A stretch of 64,000 bases of DNA from contig OZ076409.1 of the NCBI GenBank assembly GCA_964187785.1, forward strand, positions 28,150,001 through 28,214,000, given 5' to 3'. Origin of the DNA: Amphiscolops sp. MND2022 (taxonomy: Eukaryota). The notes under the pieces were generated by a model, which saw nothing but the letters and a program-made list of their open reading frames with translations, had not been told where the DNA came from and did not search any database. Shown here in pieces: positions 51,351 through 64,000 of the stretch (positions are counted from its first letter, which is position 1; every line of letters begins with the position of its first letter). Made by a program: the position numbers and the translations under genes.

Positions 51351-52355
51351 TTCAATCCTGCTATCTTGAACGTCAGGTGGACTCCTGGTGTAATAGTTGA
51401 TTGAGTGCATGTCCAACTCCGCTCATATATAAGCACATACGTCTCAAGATCAACTTCGTGTTGGCAGAAAACCTCGATTTTCTACTTTTACGTTTCGGAT
51501 CCATTTTTCTACAAAAATAGTTTTCAGAAATAGACACTGAATACAAAAAAAGCAACCAAGTCTATCTATAAAAAACAATCAAGCACTATTCAATTTCTTT
51601 TCCAATTGTCGACATCCAATACAAATAATTTCACAAAACATAAACAATACAAATAACTTCAAAACCTAAACACAACAAAAATAACAACACAACATACACT
51701 TAACCTTATATCTAGTACTTCCAATAATAATAATTTTAACATAATCCTACAAAACAATTATTTTAACAAAATACTACATACGATTCTCACAACTCCTTTG
51801 CTTTAAAACTTAAAATAAGGCATGTAAAGAACACAAACACAGTAAAGTTAGTTTTCTACTTTCAGGCACCCACAATTCCTATCCCCTCCCGTAAGACTTA
51901 GACAATCAGACAGCCTCACCAGCTTACTCTGATTCTAAGACTGACTAAAAACCTTAGTTAAGTGTAAACGTCTTTAAGGAGAATCGAGAGGACACCGAAC
52001 TACGTTCGAATCTTCAAAATTCTCAGAAAGTAAAAGTAAAAGTAAAAGGAACAAAGATCAAACTTTGATCTTGATCAGTATTTATCAGACTTTGGATAGT
52101 GGACGTTGATTGTTCAGAGTTCCACTCCCTTAGTCTTAAAACACACAACCCACTTAAAATTAAAACAATTTTAGTTTTTCTGGATGTGTCAGTAACCTTA
52201 TGTTAGACACCTTAACTGATCCAGACTTAAAATAACATTTAGTTTCTGTTAGCAATCTTTTGAGGTTGAATACAGATTCTACTGCATCCGCTTCTTTTTC
52301 TCTATCCAAAACTATTAACTCCCCAAATAACATCAAATTATAATACAAATTATAT

Positions 52356-55300
52356 GAACCCTAACATATACAACCAAGCAATTTATCCTTTCAACTTTTA
52401 CATTCCGCCAATTAGCTCCCTTCAAAACCCTACAGCAAACGATTTTGAAAGATTAATTGAACGATATCAACAATATTTTTTCTTTATCATAAATCAACAA
52501 CGACATTACCCACGAGCTCCAACTTAGAAAATCTCTATAAAAATCAATTTCAACGTTCTAACCTTCACATTATAACATGTGGGATAAGGTTACACAGTAG
52601 TACTCATTACAACATACACGTTTTGTGATTTATAGTTTGTGTTCTTCTTGGAAAAATACTTACGGTGATAAGAGACAAACTTTAGAAAAATGTCCACAAC
52701 AACAACCTATCTACCTTTTCAAACTCCCATCATTAAAAATGCAAAAGTCGTAAAATTAGAACTAAACCCATTTCTACAAAACATCATTTCACGTTATACA
52801 CAACCACTCCCATTTGAAAATGAACCCCACACAATTGAAACAATCCCTCTTATTAGAGAACATTTGGACACATACCTTTTCTATATTAGATACAAAGTTT
52901 TAACAATCACCGAAGAATACCCAACTTTTCAAATCTCCTATCTTCAACAAAGACTTAATTCATCTCATATATACAGAAGAACAATAAACCCAATAAACCT
53001 TCAAGTTCCTATTAAACAAGTTTTTCATGCTTTCCTAAATAATGTAAAAGACCACAATCTAGCACATGAAATTCCAAAATTTAGTCCAAATGCACTCGAC
53101 GACCGTCAACGATACATAAACAATTTCGACGTAGAAATTATTGAAAGATTAGTTAATCCTGAAGACAATCCCCATCATTGGTTACAAGCTGATATATTAC
53201 GAATTCAAAATTTCATCTACCATTATTTCAAAGACTTAACATTAAATGACCAAACAATTCCTCAGATCAAAGTAATATCGCTATTTCTCAGAAAATACTT
53301 CAAATTTAATTATCAACTATTATGGTCACAACAAGATCAATCTGTTTTTACAGCATTTCCAAATCATTTTACATTAGAAGAATGTTTACCATTCATCATC
53401 AGTGAACAAAATGAACATCCTTACTTTCATAAACCACAATCAATTACAAAACAAACTTTAGATTACATACGTTTTGATCCTCTATTAATTACAGAAAATG
53501 AGCTATTTGCAGACAATAGACCTTATAACTATGAACAACATTCTCAAGTTCAACAAAATTTACGTTTCAACACCAACAATTCTACTGAAGATGATAATAC
53601 CGATCAGGAAAATACAACCCAACAACAAAATCAAAATGAAACCTATAACGATAATGAAATTACTACCCAAGAATCTACAATTTCAACAAATAATCCATCA
53701 CAAACAGGGACATCAACATCAGTACATACTCAATTTTTTAGAGTTCCCACTAGAGTTGTAAATCAAAGACAAAAGACACATAGTCCTCAATCTCACTTAG
53801 ATACATCTCCAAACCGTAATATAACTTTCAACCTTCCATACACGGATGACACACACGACGAAACCCATGACACATTACAGGATGATATTCTGACTACATC
53901 TAGTGCTCAGAATACTTCCGTTAATGTTGCATCTCCAACAAGAACTATTCCTGATTCTACAAGATACATAACTCGACCTAGATATGATCCTCCATCAATT
54001 CCCTCCGCTTTTCGCTCAAACAGATCGACCTCTTCAAACAACAATTGTAATGATAATCCTCAAACTTCCAATCAATATTACGATCCATTTAATTATAACT
54101 TTTATCCTTCATCAAATACAATTACCAATACAAATATCAACCAAAATCACTCTCAAATTAATACAACTTCAACAACACAAAATCCCTTCATACAATTATC
54201 ACATACCAATACTTCACAGAATATATATTCTCAAAATCAAGGAACCTCGTATCCTTCCACTTCTTATTCTAATATCACACAGGCTTCTCAAAGAAGACTT
54301 CATAACCCTCCACTTACACATATACCAACTGATCCTCTGTATCAAATGCATCCAAATCCAAATCCTAACCCTAATCCAAATCCATTACCACCAAATACAA
54401 TCCAACATATACCTCCTCAACTCACACAACAATTAGCTCCTCCACCCCAATATTTACAAATGCCACAAGATACCTTTATAAACATGTCCGCTTCAATACC
54501 AGAACCTATGAAACCTTTTGATGGTTTAGACCATTCTTATACCCAAGAAGAATATCTACAACAAGTCGAAGCTAGATTTACCTTCGCCATAGGTGAAGAA
54601 CCTCAAAATAATCCTATAAAATACAAATCTTGGCATAACAGACACATGGCTTACATACAATGTTCATTACCAGGAACAGCTCTCGATTGGTACACTAACC
54701 TCCATATATCACATAAACAACAATGGAATTCTTTTGTACAATTATTCAAAAAACAATTTTCATCTCAAAAAACTGCTTACTACGCTCAAGTAGAAGCTAT
54801 GTCACTCATGAAAAAAGATAATGAAACAGTTCGCCACTTCGCCCTTAGAGTACAACAATTAGTTAAAAAGGGATGGTGTAATGAAAATGCAGCTACCATG
54901 AATCTAAAAAATAATGAAATCTTTACAAAAGGGTTACCAAAGAAGTTAAAAGATTTTGCCCATAAACGACAAGTTAAACATGTATCAACATTACTTGAAC
55001 CTTCAATACCATTTCACACACTTGTTAGACATGTCGATTCTGAAGATATTGCTAATGAAAAAATTAGAACTAACGACTTAGCTCTAGAAATAAACAAAGT
55101 ATCGCTTGAAGTTGATACTAACAGAAAGGAATTTGAACATGAAGATCATATAATGGTTACTCAATCTGGAGATCCAAATAACAAAAGCAAACCAGCCTAT
55201 AGAAAATATTGTTCCTATTGTCACAAAAAGAATCATAGTATTTCAAATTGTTATCAAAAACAACGTGATGACGAACACCAGAAATACAATAACCAAAGAT

Positions 55301-55677
55301 CACGAACTCCTCAACAATCCTTTGTACAATATTTTCGCAGTAAACCTAATAATCCTCAAGAAAATCGAAATGACAATACAAATCCTTACTCCTCAGATAA
55401 TGATCGCAACAAATATAATCAACATTACTATAATGACAGATATAGAAAACATGATAGATATCGTAGCAATAGTAGAGAATATTCACACAACAATTATCGA
55501 TCAAATTCTCGACAAAGATATTATAATCGATCTCGAAGCCCATATAGATCTCGATTTGATAATTATTATCAAAGAAGGACTCCATCTAGATCTCCAAATA
55601 GATCTCCATATAGAAATAACTCAAATTACAGGTTTAACTCTCGCTCAAGATACAGATCTCGTTCTCAATCACAATGA
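52356..55677 (+). pseudogene. gag: gag of element 3 (5' part frameshifted; open 52690-55677)
   Basis: PFDG...EEYL capsid-like segment, CSYCHKKNHSISNC knuckle, RS/RSP-rich tail. Confidence 0.82.
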
Positions 55678-58600
55678 AACTCCTTCAAACGATATAATTA
55701 TCCATATAGATCTCCATCAAGACCTAGAGATTTTAGATCAAGATCTAGAACACCCTCAAGAAACAGACAACAAAACAGAATAAATCAAGTAGACGTTAAA
55801 TCTACAAAAGAAAATGAGAGTACAAAATTTGAAATCCACACCTGTCAAATAACGGAAATAGCTAATACAATCACTCCTTTTAGTTGGTTTTATCAACTAT
55901 ATGTTCACGCTTCTGAAACAAATGATAATATATTACCTTCAAAATTAGAAATCTTATTCCTCTTAGATACTGGAGCATCCATATCTGTTTTGAATTTACC
56001 AACATTTCATGTAATTTCCAAACAATTAAACATCAATGTTCCAACTAACCTCCAAAACAAAAGAGCCAAAACTCTTACAGTTGCAAACCAAACTGAAGTA
56101 CCAATAATACATTATATTTCGATGACCTGTTTCACTGAAGTAAATCACCAAACACGATCCTTCAATATCGATTTCGCCGTAGCAAATATCAAATACAACA
56201 TTCTTGGAACACCCTTTTTCAAAAAACACATCCAAAATTTTGATTTTCAACAAAATATTATGACGTACATAAAACAACATCCAAAACTTCCAACAAAAAC
56301 GACATTTTCCACATTTACAGAAAAGGATTACCCATATATTTCTTACATCTATACTATTAAATGTAAGGAACCAATTCACTTTAAACCAAGGTCAGGAAAA
56401 ATCATACATTTCCCAATCAAAAACTATTCAAATCTACATTTTTGAACTTGAAGATAATATAAAATTCTATCCAACAAACCCATATACATACTTCTTACAA
56501 AAAGTCAAAAATATCTTTCATTTCTTAGATATGATAGTCAATGAAAAAAGCAAAGACTCTTTTGCAGCCATAATTCAAAACTTTACATCTTACCCAGCTA
56601 CATTACCACGAGGAATCATTGGATACATAGAAATACCTATTACTCAAACAACTCCTCCTCACTACAGAGTTAACGATGTAAATTCACTTATTCACTCTGT
56701 AATACATGCGTATCATCCTGATACTACAACTCCGATTAAACAAAATCCATATGCAGATATGAACTTATGTACAAGGGTAACACCACAATCCCTATTAGAA
56801 ATTAACAAGATAGAAATCAACGACAAAACACTTCAACTTCCTATACCTTCTGTTACTGGAAACCTTCGACCCTCAGATAAAATTCGAAAAGATTTCCCTC
56901 CATTACCCTATTCTACAGAAAACCAACAATTCATAAAGAAGTTTAATTTTGAATACTCAGATTTAACCGATACAGAATATGTAAACCTCTGCAATATTTT
57001 GATTGATAATCAACATTGTTACGCCAAACATAAGAACGACGTAGGAAAGATTTCTACTCCCTTTCGAATTAGAATAAAAGATAATTGTAAACTTCACACA
57101 AAGACCTTCTAAAGTGTCTATTCACTATAGAGATAGACTAAATAAACTTTTACTAGAACTCGAAAAATACAATATAATAAAACAAACTGGTTCAACAACA
57201 GATGAAAAAAATACAATTGGAACAACATTTTTAAACCCTTTAATTATTATCCCAAAAGGAGACGCAATAAAAGTTGTTTTAGACGCAAGACATCTAAACT
57301 CAAACACCAACCAAGAACTTGAATCTTGGCCTATTGAACCTTTAGCTCCTCAATTAGCTAGAGCCAATAAAAAATACAAATCAACTATTGATCTAATGTA
57401 TGCATATGCTCATACACCATTAGACGAAGAAACAATTAAACTTACAGGATTTTCATCCGGTGACAAATAATACGCCTTTATCCGTGGATTTTATGGATTA
57501 AAAGGACTTCCAAACTTTTTCACAAAACAAATGTCAACTTTCTTTAGATCACTTATAGACAAACGTTCTGCGTTAGTTTATATCGATGATATTTTATTAC
57601 TCGCAAACGAAAAACAAGGAATGTTTGAACTTATAAAAGAATTACATACAATAGCATCTCGAGAAAATCTCAAACTTGCACCTGAAAAATCATTCTACAT
57701 GTTACTCAAAGTAAAATTCCTTGGACATGAAATTGGTAACAACACAATTAAACCAATTCCATCCAAAATTGAAGCTATTAAAAGAATTCCATCACCAAAA
57801 GAAAAGAAAGATGTTATGCAATTTCTCGGCAGTGATAACTTTTATTCAAAGTTCATTGAAAAACTTCATATAAACCTTAATCCATTGTATACATTACTAC
57901 ATGATGATGTTAAATTTCAATGGACACCTGAATTAGAAAAAATATTTCAAAATGTTAAAAATGCAATGACAGCAAACACTGAATTAACAATACCCAATAC
58001 CACGCATCCATTTTTCATAACCGTAGACGCTTCGTTAGTAGGTTTAGGCGCAGTCTTATTCCAAATGAACGAAGAAAATAAGATGAAAGTAATCTCTTAT
58101 AATTCTAGAATTCTTAACACACAAGAACAAAAACTTTCAACTTTAGATAGAGAACTTCTTGCAATAGTTTACGCATTGCAAATATATGAATTTTTGATCA
58201 TTGGATCTCCTCATCCTATATACCTCTTCACAGATAACAAACCTTTACTACATTGTTTCGCAAAGAAAGGAAATCTTAGTCCTAGATTCTATAGAGCACA
58301 AATGCAACTAACCAAATTCTCCAAACTAAAAATCATTCATACCCCTGGAAAAAATTTAACTGTTGCAGATATGCTTTCACGAACCTTTACAAAAGAACAG
58401 TTACAAGTACACCAATTACGACACAAACAATTACCACCTCAAATAGATTTCTCTATCATGAAAGACAATCAACTCAAACCAGTACATTATTTATTAAAAC
58501 TTGAAGAAATAAAATATAATCAAAAGATTGATTGCCATCCTATCCTTGCTGACTACGGAGACGACCAATTCTCTATCCGTATAAATAACAAAGGAGAAGA

Positions 58601-60729
58601 TATACACATAAAGCCTTTAGATTCCTTCTCTTTTCAATCTATTGTTCCATTCGAAGCAAAATATAAAAAGCCTACAAAAAATCAAGCAAAATCTCTTTTA
58701 CAACAATCGACAATTCTTAATGATACTGACATTCTCAGTGATGAAGATGAAATAACTCAATCAAATAATATCCAACAACAAAACTCAGACATAGTAAAAG
58801 AACACACCCTTGCTATACAATATCCTACCAAATCCGACTATTGTAAACAACAAGTTCCATTTTTTGACCAATCCTTTTTCAAATACAAAAAATATTTTAA
58901 TTACTTCTTCCTACCAGAAGATACACAAATAACCATTGAAACAATAAAAGCTCAACAAAACCAAGACACTGCTTTACAAAAGGTTTACCAAAGGATACTT
59001 AATAATGAAAGACCCTTACAAATAGACCCAACAATTGCAGCTAATTCGTTCTTATTAGAATATTACAAAATCTTCAACCAATTATATAATAATCATGATA
59101 CAAAAATTATCCACATAGATTATCCTAATCTTCACGATTCCAACCCGAATCAAAGAGACAACATATGTCTACCATTCAAACTTTTCCACGCAGCTTTTAA
59201 CAAACTTCATGCTCATGGACATTCAGGAATAAAAATATCCATCAAAGCTTTTAACCAATTTTACTTCATACCGTATTTGAATAAATGGATGTCAATATTC
59301 ATCCATGATTGTATTGAATGTCAACAAAATAAACATATTAACCAAAAATTACAAACTGCATCCATACAAACCTTCTCAGAAAATGCTTCATATTTTAATT
59401 ACCGAATATCAATGGATACAAAAGGACCTATAAACCCACCATCAAATCAAAATTCATACATTCATGTTATAGTAGACGCTTTTAGTCACTTTGTAGTAAC
59501 AGTACCTATAAAACAAAATAATGCTCAAAACGCTGTTAACTCATTACTACATCATTGGATAACAAAATTAGGACCTCCTGTATATCTAGTTACCGACCGT
59601 GGAACAGAATACATTAATTCTGAATTTGCAAATCTTTGTACCACAATGGGAATTAGACATTCACCAAGAACTCCTTATGCACCATGGACAAATGGTCTAG
59701 TTGAAAATCAAAATAGAAATCTTGGAACTCATCTCAGACTTTTCTTACATAACACTCCAGAAAACTGGTCTACTCAAGTTCATATGTATGCTTATGCACA
59801 TAATTCACAACCACTTTCTGAATTAAATTTTATCTCCATATGAAATAGTATTCCATACTATACTCAGAATTCCAATCAACTTTGAACTCAATCTCCAAAG
59901 AGATACATATAGAAATTGTACTTCCCAATATTGTCAAGAATTACCACTTCATACACACTATGACAGATCAAATCTAAACCCCTTCTTCCATAAAATTTTA
60001 TCTAAACCGATCCCACAATGGATCTTAGCTACTGAAACTGCTATGATACAGATATACCATACAGTATATGAAAACACAAAAAGAAAGATTAATTCCTATG
60101 CTTATTTTAACAAAACATACCACAATCCAAGACTCTTAGATATTGGTACATTTGTACTAAAAAGAAATTTTCTCCATGTTCATTTTTCCGACAAATTAAA
60201 ACCTCTCAGAAGTGGACCATTCAAAATTATTAACAAAATCTCTGACATAACCTATGAAATTGTTAATCAAGATGGTTATACATCTCATATACATAGAAAT
60301 CATTTAATTCCTTATCATCCAAATGAACCAGTTATTTTTCCTTTCCTACAACAATATAACCCTCATTTATTTAATGACTGTCACTCAAATATAAACGATC
60401 AAATAATTGACTCTGATGAAGACAAATTTACTGACGAAGAACAATTTCCTTCCACAACATCTAATAAAGAAACGGATATACCATTCACGATTGACTTACA
60501 ACCAGAATCATTCAGCCAATATTCTTCATTTCCATATAAACAAAAAGAACAAATTCCTCAAAATACCTACCTAGATAACCAATCAGATATTCATGACTAT
60601 GATAATTTTTTTAACCCCCGAAGACACTCCTATAATAATAGATACAATTTCCGCCCACAACCAAGAAAAGACTACCGACTTTTCCTTGGTGAAAACGATA
60701 TCATTTCACTTTCTCAAAAATCCTGCTGA
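55678..60729 (+). pseudogene. pol: pol of element 3, in frame with gag, with frameshifts and stops
   Basis: LLDTGAS at ~55960; YIDD; TVDAS...RELLA...TDNK; HAHGH...CIEC; SMDTKG, VTDRG, LVENQN. Confidence 0.92.
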
Positions 60730-61002
60730 AATACGGAATACAGAAAGAAACACACAAAGAAAATTTGAAAGAAAAGCGAAAGTTAGAAGCTTAATGTGAA
60801 ACTGAATGAAAAATATTTCACAAATGATAATAAACGAAAGAAATTGATATGAAATTATAACTACTTTATAAACTGAAACAAACTACCTTAACACAAAGAT
60901 TTCAAAATTGATAGACATATTCACTCGCCATCATCAACCACAAATAACTCTTCTTCTAGTTCAACACGTTCACTCCAAAGATTACCTGAATATACAGCAT
61001 AT

Positions 61003-62361
61003 TTGAACTCAGATACAGACATACTGGATTCCTCATCCTCAAATCCCAGTCCACCCGCTCCATATACTCCTGATAGAGTACCAACAACACCCACCAATAC
61101 ACCTATAACCCAAACTCAAACACTAATAATAACAACTCAATCACAACCTATCTCACGAAATCTAACATTTGTAGAAACAAATTCACCACTTTCTGACTCT
61201 AATGATGAAACACTTACAATACCAAATTTACAAGATAATTCAAATATTTTAAATAGACCTCCTCTTCCACCGATTACTACCACTCGTTCCCTTCATATCC
61301 CTGATCCTAGCTCAGTTCTACAATACATAAAGTCTTGTCCACATAAAGTACCAACCGCAACGAAAACAAAAAGAAAAACTCCTTTACCTACATTACCACA
61401 GAACCTTGATTTACCATCATCAAGTAATACTCCAATAACATTTTTACCAGAACCTTCATTGAAATCACCAGCAAAGAAAACACATCAACACCCAACTCCT
61501 TCACCATCTGAACTAAGTTCATTCACGTTTTCTCAAATATATCCCAAGCTTGAATTAGAACGTGTACATTCAACCACCACCTCTTCTTTAACAGATTTAT
61601 ATCATAAAGATAAAGATTCTGACTCAACTGCTAGTACTAGAGTACCAAGACATAATTATAACCTTCGATCTCAACAACAAAGAAATTCTCAAGAATTACA
61701 ATCTTTAACTAGTTCAAGTACAAACTCAAGACTACTTAGACAGCACGCCCAACCCAGATTAGACACTTCTTCTCTTTCCTCATCTCAACCCACTATACCA
61801 TCTTCTCTATCACTACCTTTTCAAATCACATCAGGATTTGAAACAGCTTCTCTTCTCTCTGAAGACCCAGTAACTATATCAGATAGCGCAGCTAATTTTT
61901 CACGAGTTTACTCACCTAGTTCTATAGCATCAAACTCTTCTGTACAATTACTTGAATATTTTTTAGAAGATTTCTCAAGACCTCCAACACCAAACCCTCA
62001 CGAATATCCCATTCGTGTTAATTCAAAAATTGTTCGTACACTTAACGAAGATCCTCGATACACCGTCTTACCGGCAAGATTTATAAACAACAGTTCACTC
62101 TCAACTCAAAGAAAACAAAGAGAATTACGAAGATTACAAGAACCACAACTCACATTAAAATTTGAAGTAGAAGTCACATTCAACTCGTTAGGACCTCATC
62201 CATTCTCTCTTTCAACAAGAGTAGCACACAAAACAACCCCATCACCATTCATAGTCACATCCATTTCTTACCTTTGTGACGCAGATTTACCTGAGATTAG
62301 AACAGGACATATAAACTTTTTAAATCCCTACTCCGGACTCAATTATAGAACAATATTTTAA
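61003..62361 (+). CDS. Ser/Thr/Pro-rich ORF of unknown function between pol and env (frame open from ~60892, no clear ATG)
   Basis: 450+ open codons; low-complexity N-terminal part with a more globular C-terminus. Confidence 0.55.
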   Translation: MNSDTDILDSSSSNPSPPAPYTPDRVPTTPTNTPITQTQTLIITTQSQPISRNLTFVETNSPLSDSNDETLTIPNLQDNSNILNRPPLPPITTTRSLHIPDPSSVLQYIKSCPHKVPTATKTKRKTPLPTLPQNLDLPSSSNTPITFLPEPSLKSPAKKTHQHPTPSPSELSSFTFSQIYPKLELERVHSTTTSSLTDLYHKDKDSDSTASTRVPRHNYNLRSQQQRNSQELQSLTSSSTNSRLLRQHAQPRLDTSSLSSSQPTIPSSLSLPFQITSGFETASLLSEDPVTISDSAANFSRVYSPSSIASNSSVQLLEYFLEDFSRPPTPNPHEYPIRVNSKIVRTLNEDPRYTVLPARFINNSSLSTQRKQRELRRLQEPQLTLKFEVEVTFNSLGPHPFSLSTRVAHKTTPSPFIVTSISYLCDADLPEIRTGHINFLNPYSGLNYRTIF

Positions 62362-62393
62362 TTACAGAACAAAATTTTAACTAAATTTTTACC

Positions 62394-64000
62394 ATGAATC
62401 AAATCACCTTTACCCTATATTTAATATACATAATACAAATTGTTAAATACACATATATAATACACATAGTTCACTCTTTAGTTCACCCTTCAACTGTTCC
62501 TAAAGTTGACACCACCAATTCTGAAAATCATATTTCAGACCAAGACCCTAACATTTTAAATTTGATGGTATCCCATTATGATTGTGCAAAACAAAACAAG
62601 TTAAGACAATTCAGTTTATTAAATGTAGAACAATGTAAACAAGCACCTTCAGATATACAACACACAAAAACCCAAGCAACAGTTTATGTTAGAGCAAAAG
62701 CTAAAAGAACAAAAGGCTTTAAATGCGAAGCATATATAAAGACTGAGAAAGTCTGGTGTTCACAAACATTCACATCTAGTAGACGATATGATCGTTTACA
62801 ATGGGGACAGAACACATTAGAACTTCCAAAAATATTGGACCCTATTGAGTGCAAAAATATGATCAGATATCTAAACGCGACTGATAGCGAAGAACTAAAC
62901 AACTACAATATACAAAGCTCTTTCTCATTGTTCGACGATAGTAACTATCAAAACACAATTGAACGAATTCAGACACCATTTAGAGTAAAAAAGCTAATTA
63001 CATGGCATATTGGAACCTTCGTATTCGATGAAAATTATCCCGACTGGATAGTTAATGTTACACAAAATACATACTCCAGATGTCGGTCAGACCGAGAACA
63101 TTTAATTACCCGACAAAGTTGGAAACTTAGAATTGTTAACACCGCAATAGATTATGACGATAAAAACAATCAATTAATACATGACGGACACATATTACCA
63201 TGCTACCATTCAGACGGATTTTGTAAACCAACGACCAAAACTCCTTATACATTAACATGGTGTGATGAAAAATTTTGCCTCATATTTCAACTTCAAGAAT
63301 TCATTGGTAGAATGACACGAATCAAGGATAGATACTGGATAGAAACCGATACCTTTATTGAAACTTCAAACATCACACAAAAACTTCAAACCGAAGGAAT
63401 ACAAGGAACAAGATATCCCAATGTGAAAACACCACAATCAAAAGTAAGCAATCCAAGCCTTTCTCGATTTGAAATATACCCAATTGCACAAACCTTCTGT
63501 GGAAAACCTGAACCATTATTCTCAACATAATATGAAGACATCTTTGTTACATACTTAGATGGTTTTGATATGAACACAGGATTACCAAAACCACACTCAA
63601 TAATTGACCAAACAATTAGTGGAAATATAAAATATGATGATTCAAATAAAAGGTATATATTCCCTGCATTGAATATATGAAACAATTTCGCCACTTTAGA
63701 TTATGATGCCCATATTAATACAAAAATTGATTTCACAATAAATCATGTATTTAAATCCATGACAGTACAAGAATTAAACACCCTTCAAACAATATGTGAA
63801 CTGGAAAGAACTCAATTGTTAACGATCTTAGCTATGTCAGTTAAAAATCCTCAATTAGCCGGTTTCCTTTTAACTGCAAATCGTAGTAACTTTCTCTAGG
63901 TTGAAGGAGCTACAGCATGGCTGTATGATTGCCCTCATTTTATATCACCATTATACAAGGCAGACAAATGCTTTGATAGAATTCCTATACACTACAGAGA
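62394..64000 (+). pseudogene. env: env-like glycoprotein (class III, chuvirus G / gB-like); in-frame stops at 63528, 63678 and 63897
   Basis: Hydrophobic N-terminus; HYDC...FSLLNVEQC; DAHINTKIDF...ICELER...LAGFLL...EG...YDC...CFDRIPI pattern. Confidence 0.75.

Larger units (their letters stand above)
50510..64000 (+). mobile_element. Envelope-bearing Gypsy-like element 3 (3' end outside window)
   Basis: LTR-PBS, long leader, gag-pro-RT-RH-IN, extra ORF, env-like ORF; strongly A/C-rich, G-poor plus strand. Confidence 0.9.

Noticed and set aside
53498..55783. Ile-rich alternative-frame ORFs within element 3 gag
   Set aside because: By-product of the skewed A/C/T composition and repeats

Overview
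Eukaryotic (AT-rich, animal-like, spliceosomal introns) transposon-dense region with no prokaryotic features. It is dominated by one family of unusually complex Ty3/Gypsy LTR retrotransposons: a 5'-truncated copy (element 1, 1-12380), a complete but degenerate 16-kb copy with 1708-bp LTRs and GTTAC target-site duplication (element 2, 18241-34201), and three solo LTRs with 5-bp TSDs (14994-16743 +, 39209-40905 -, 43375-45229 -). Besides gag-pol, this family carries (i) an antisense, intron-containing ~1220-aa gene with a BED-like zinc finger that looks derived from a hAT transposase, (ii) a divergently oriented sense ORF with SUMO-interaction-like motifs that runs through the polypurine tract into the 3' LTR, (iii) a gag whose first ~190 codons lie inside the LTR, and (iv) a conserved U3 stem-loop. 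A second, unrelated Gypsy-like element (50510 to window end) has a leader hairpin array, an RS-rich Gag, an extra Ser/Thr/Pro-rich ORF and an env resembling chuvirus/gB-like class III glycoproteins. A three-exon calmodulin-like host gene (13417-37204) hosts the nested insertions in its 21.5-kb intron. Also present are degraded Tc1, LINE and tRNA-derived fragments and a (CT)n microsatellite. All homology calls are by eye, not by database search.
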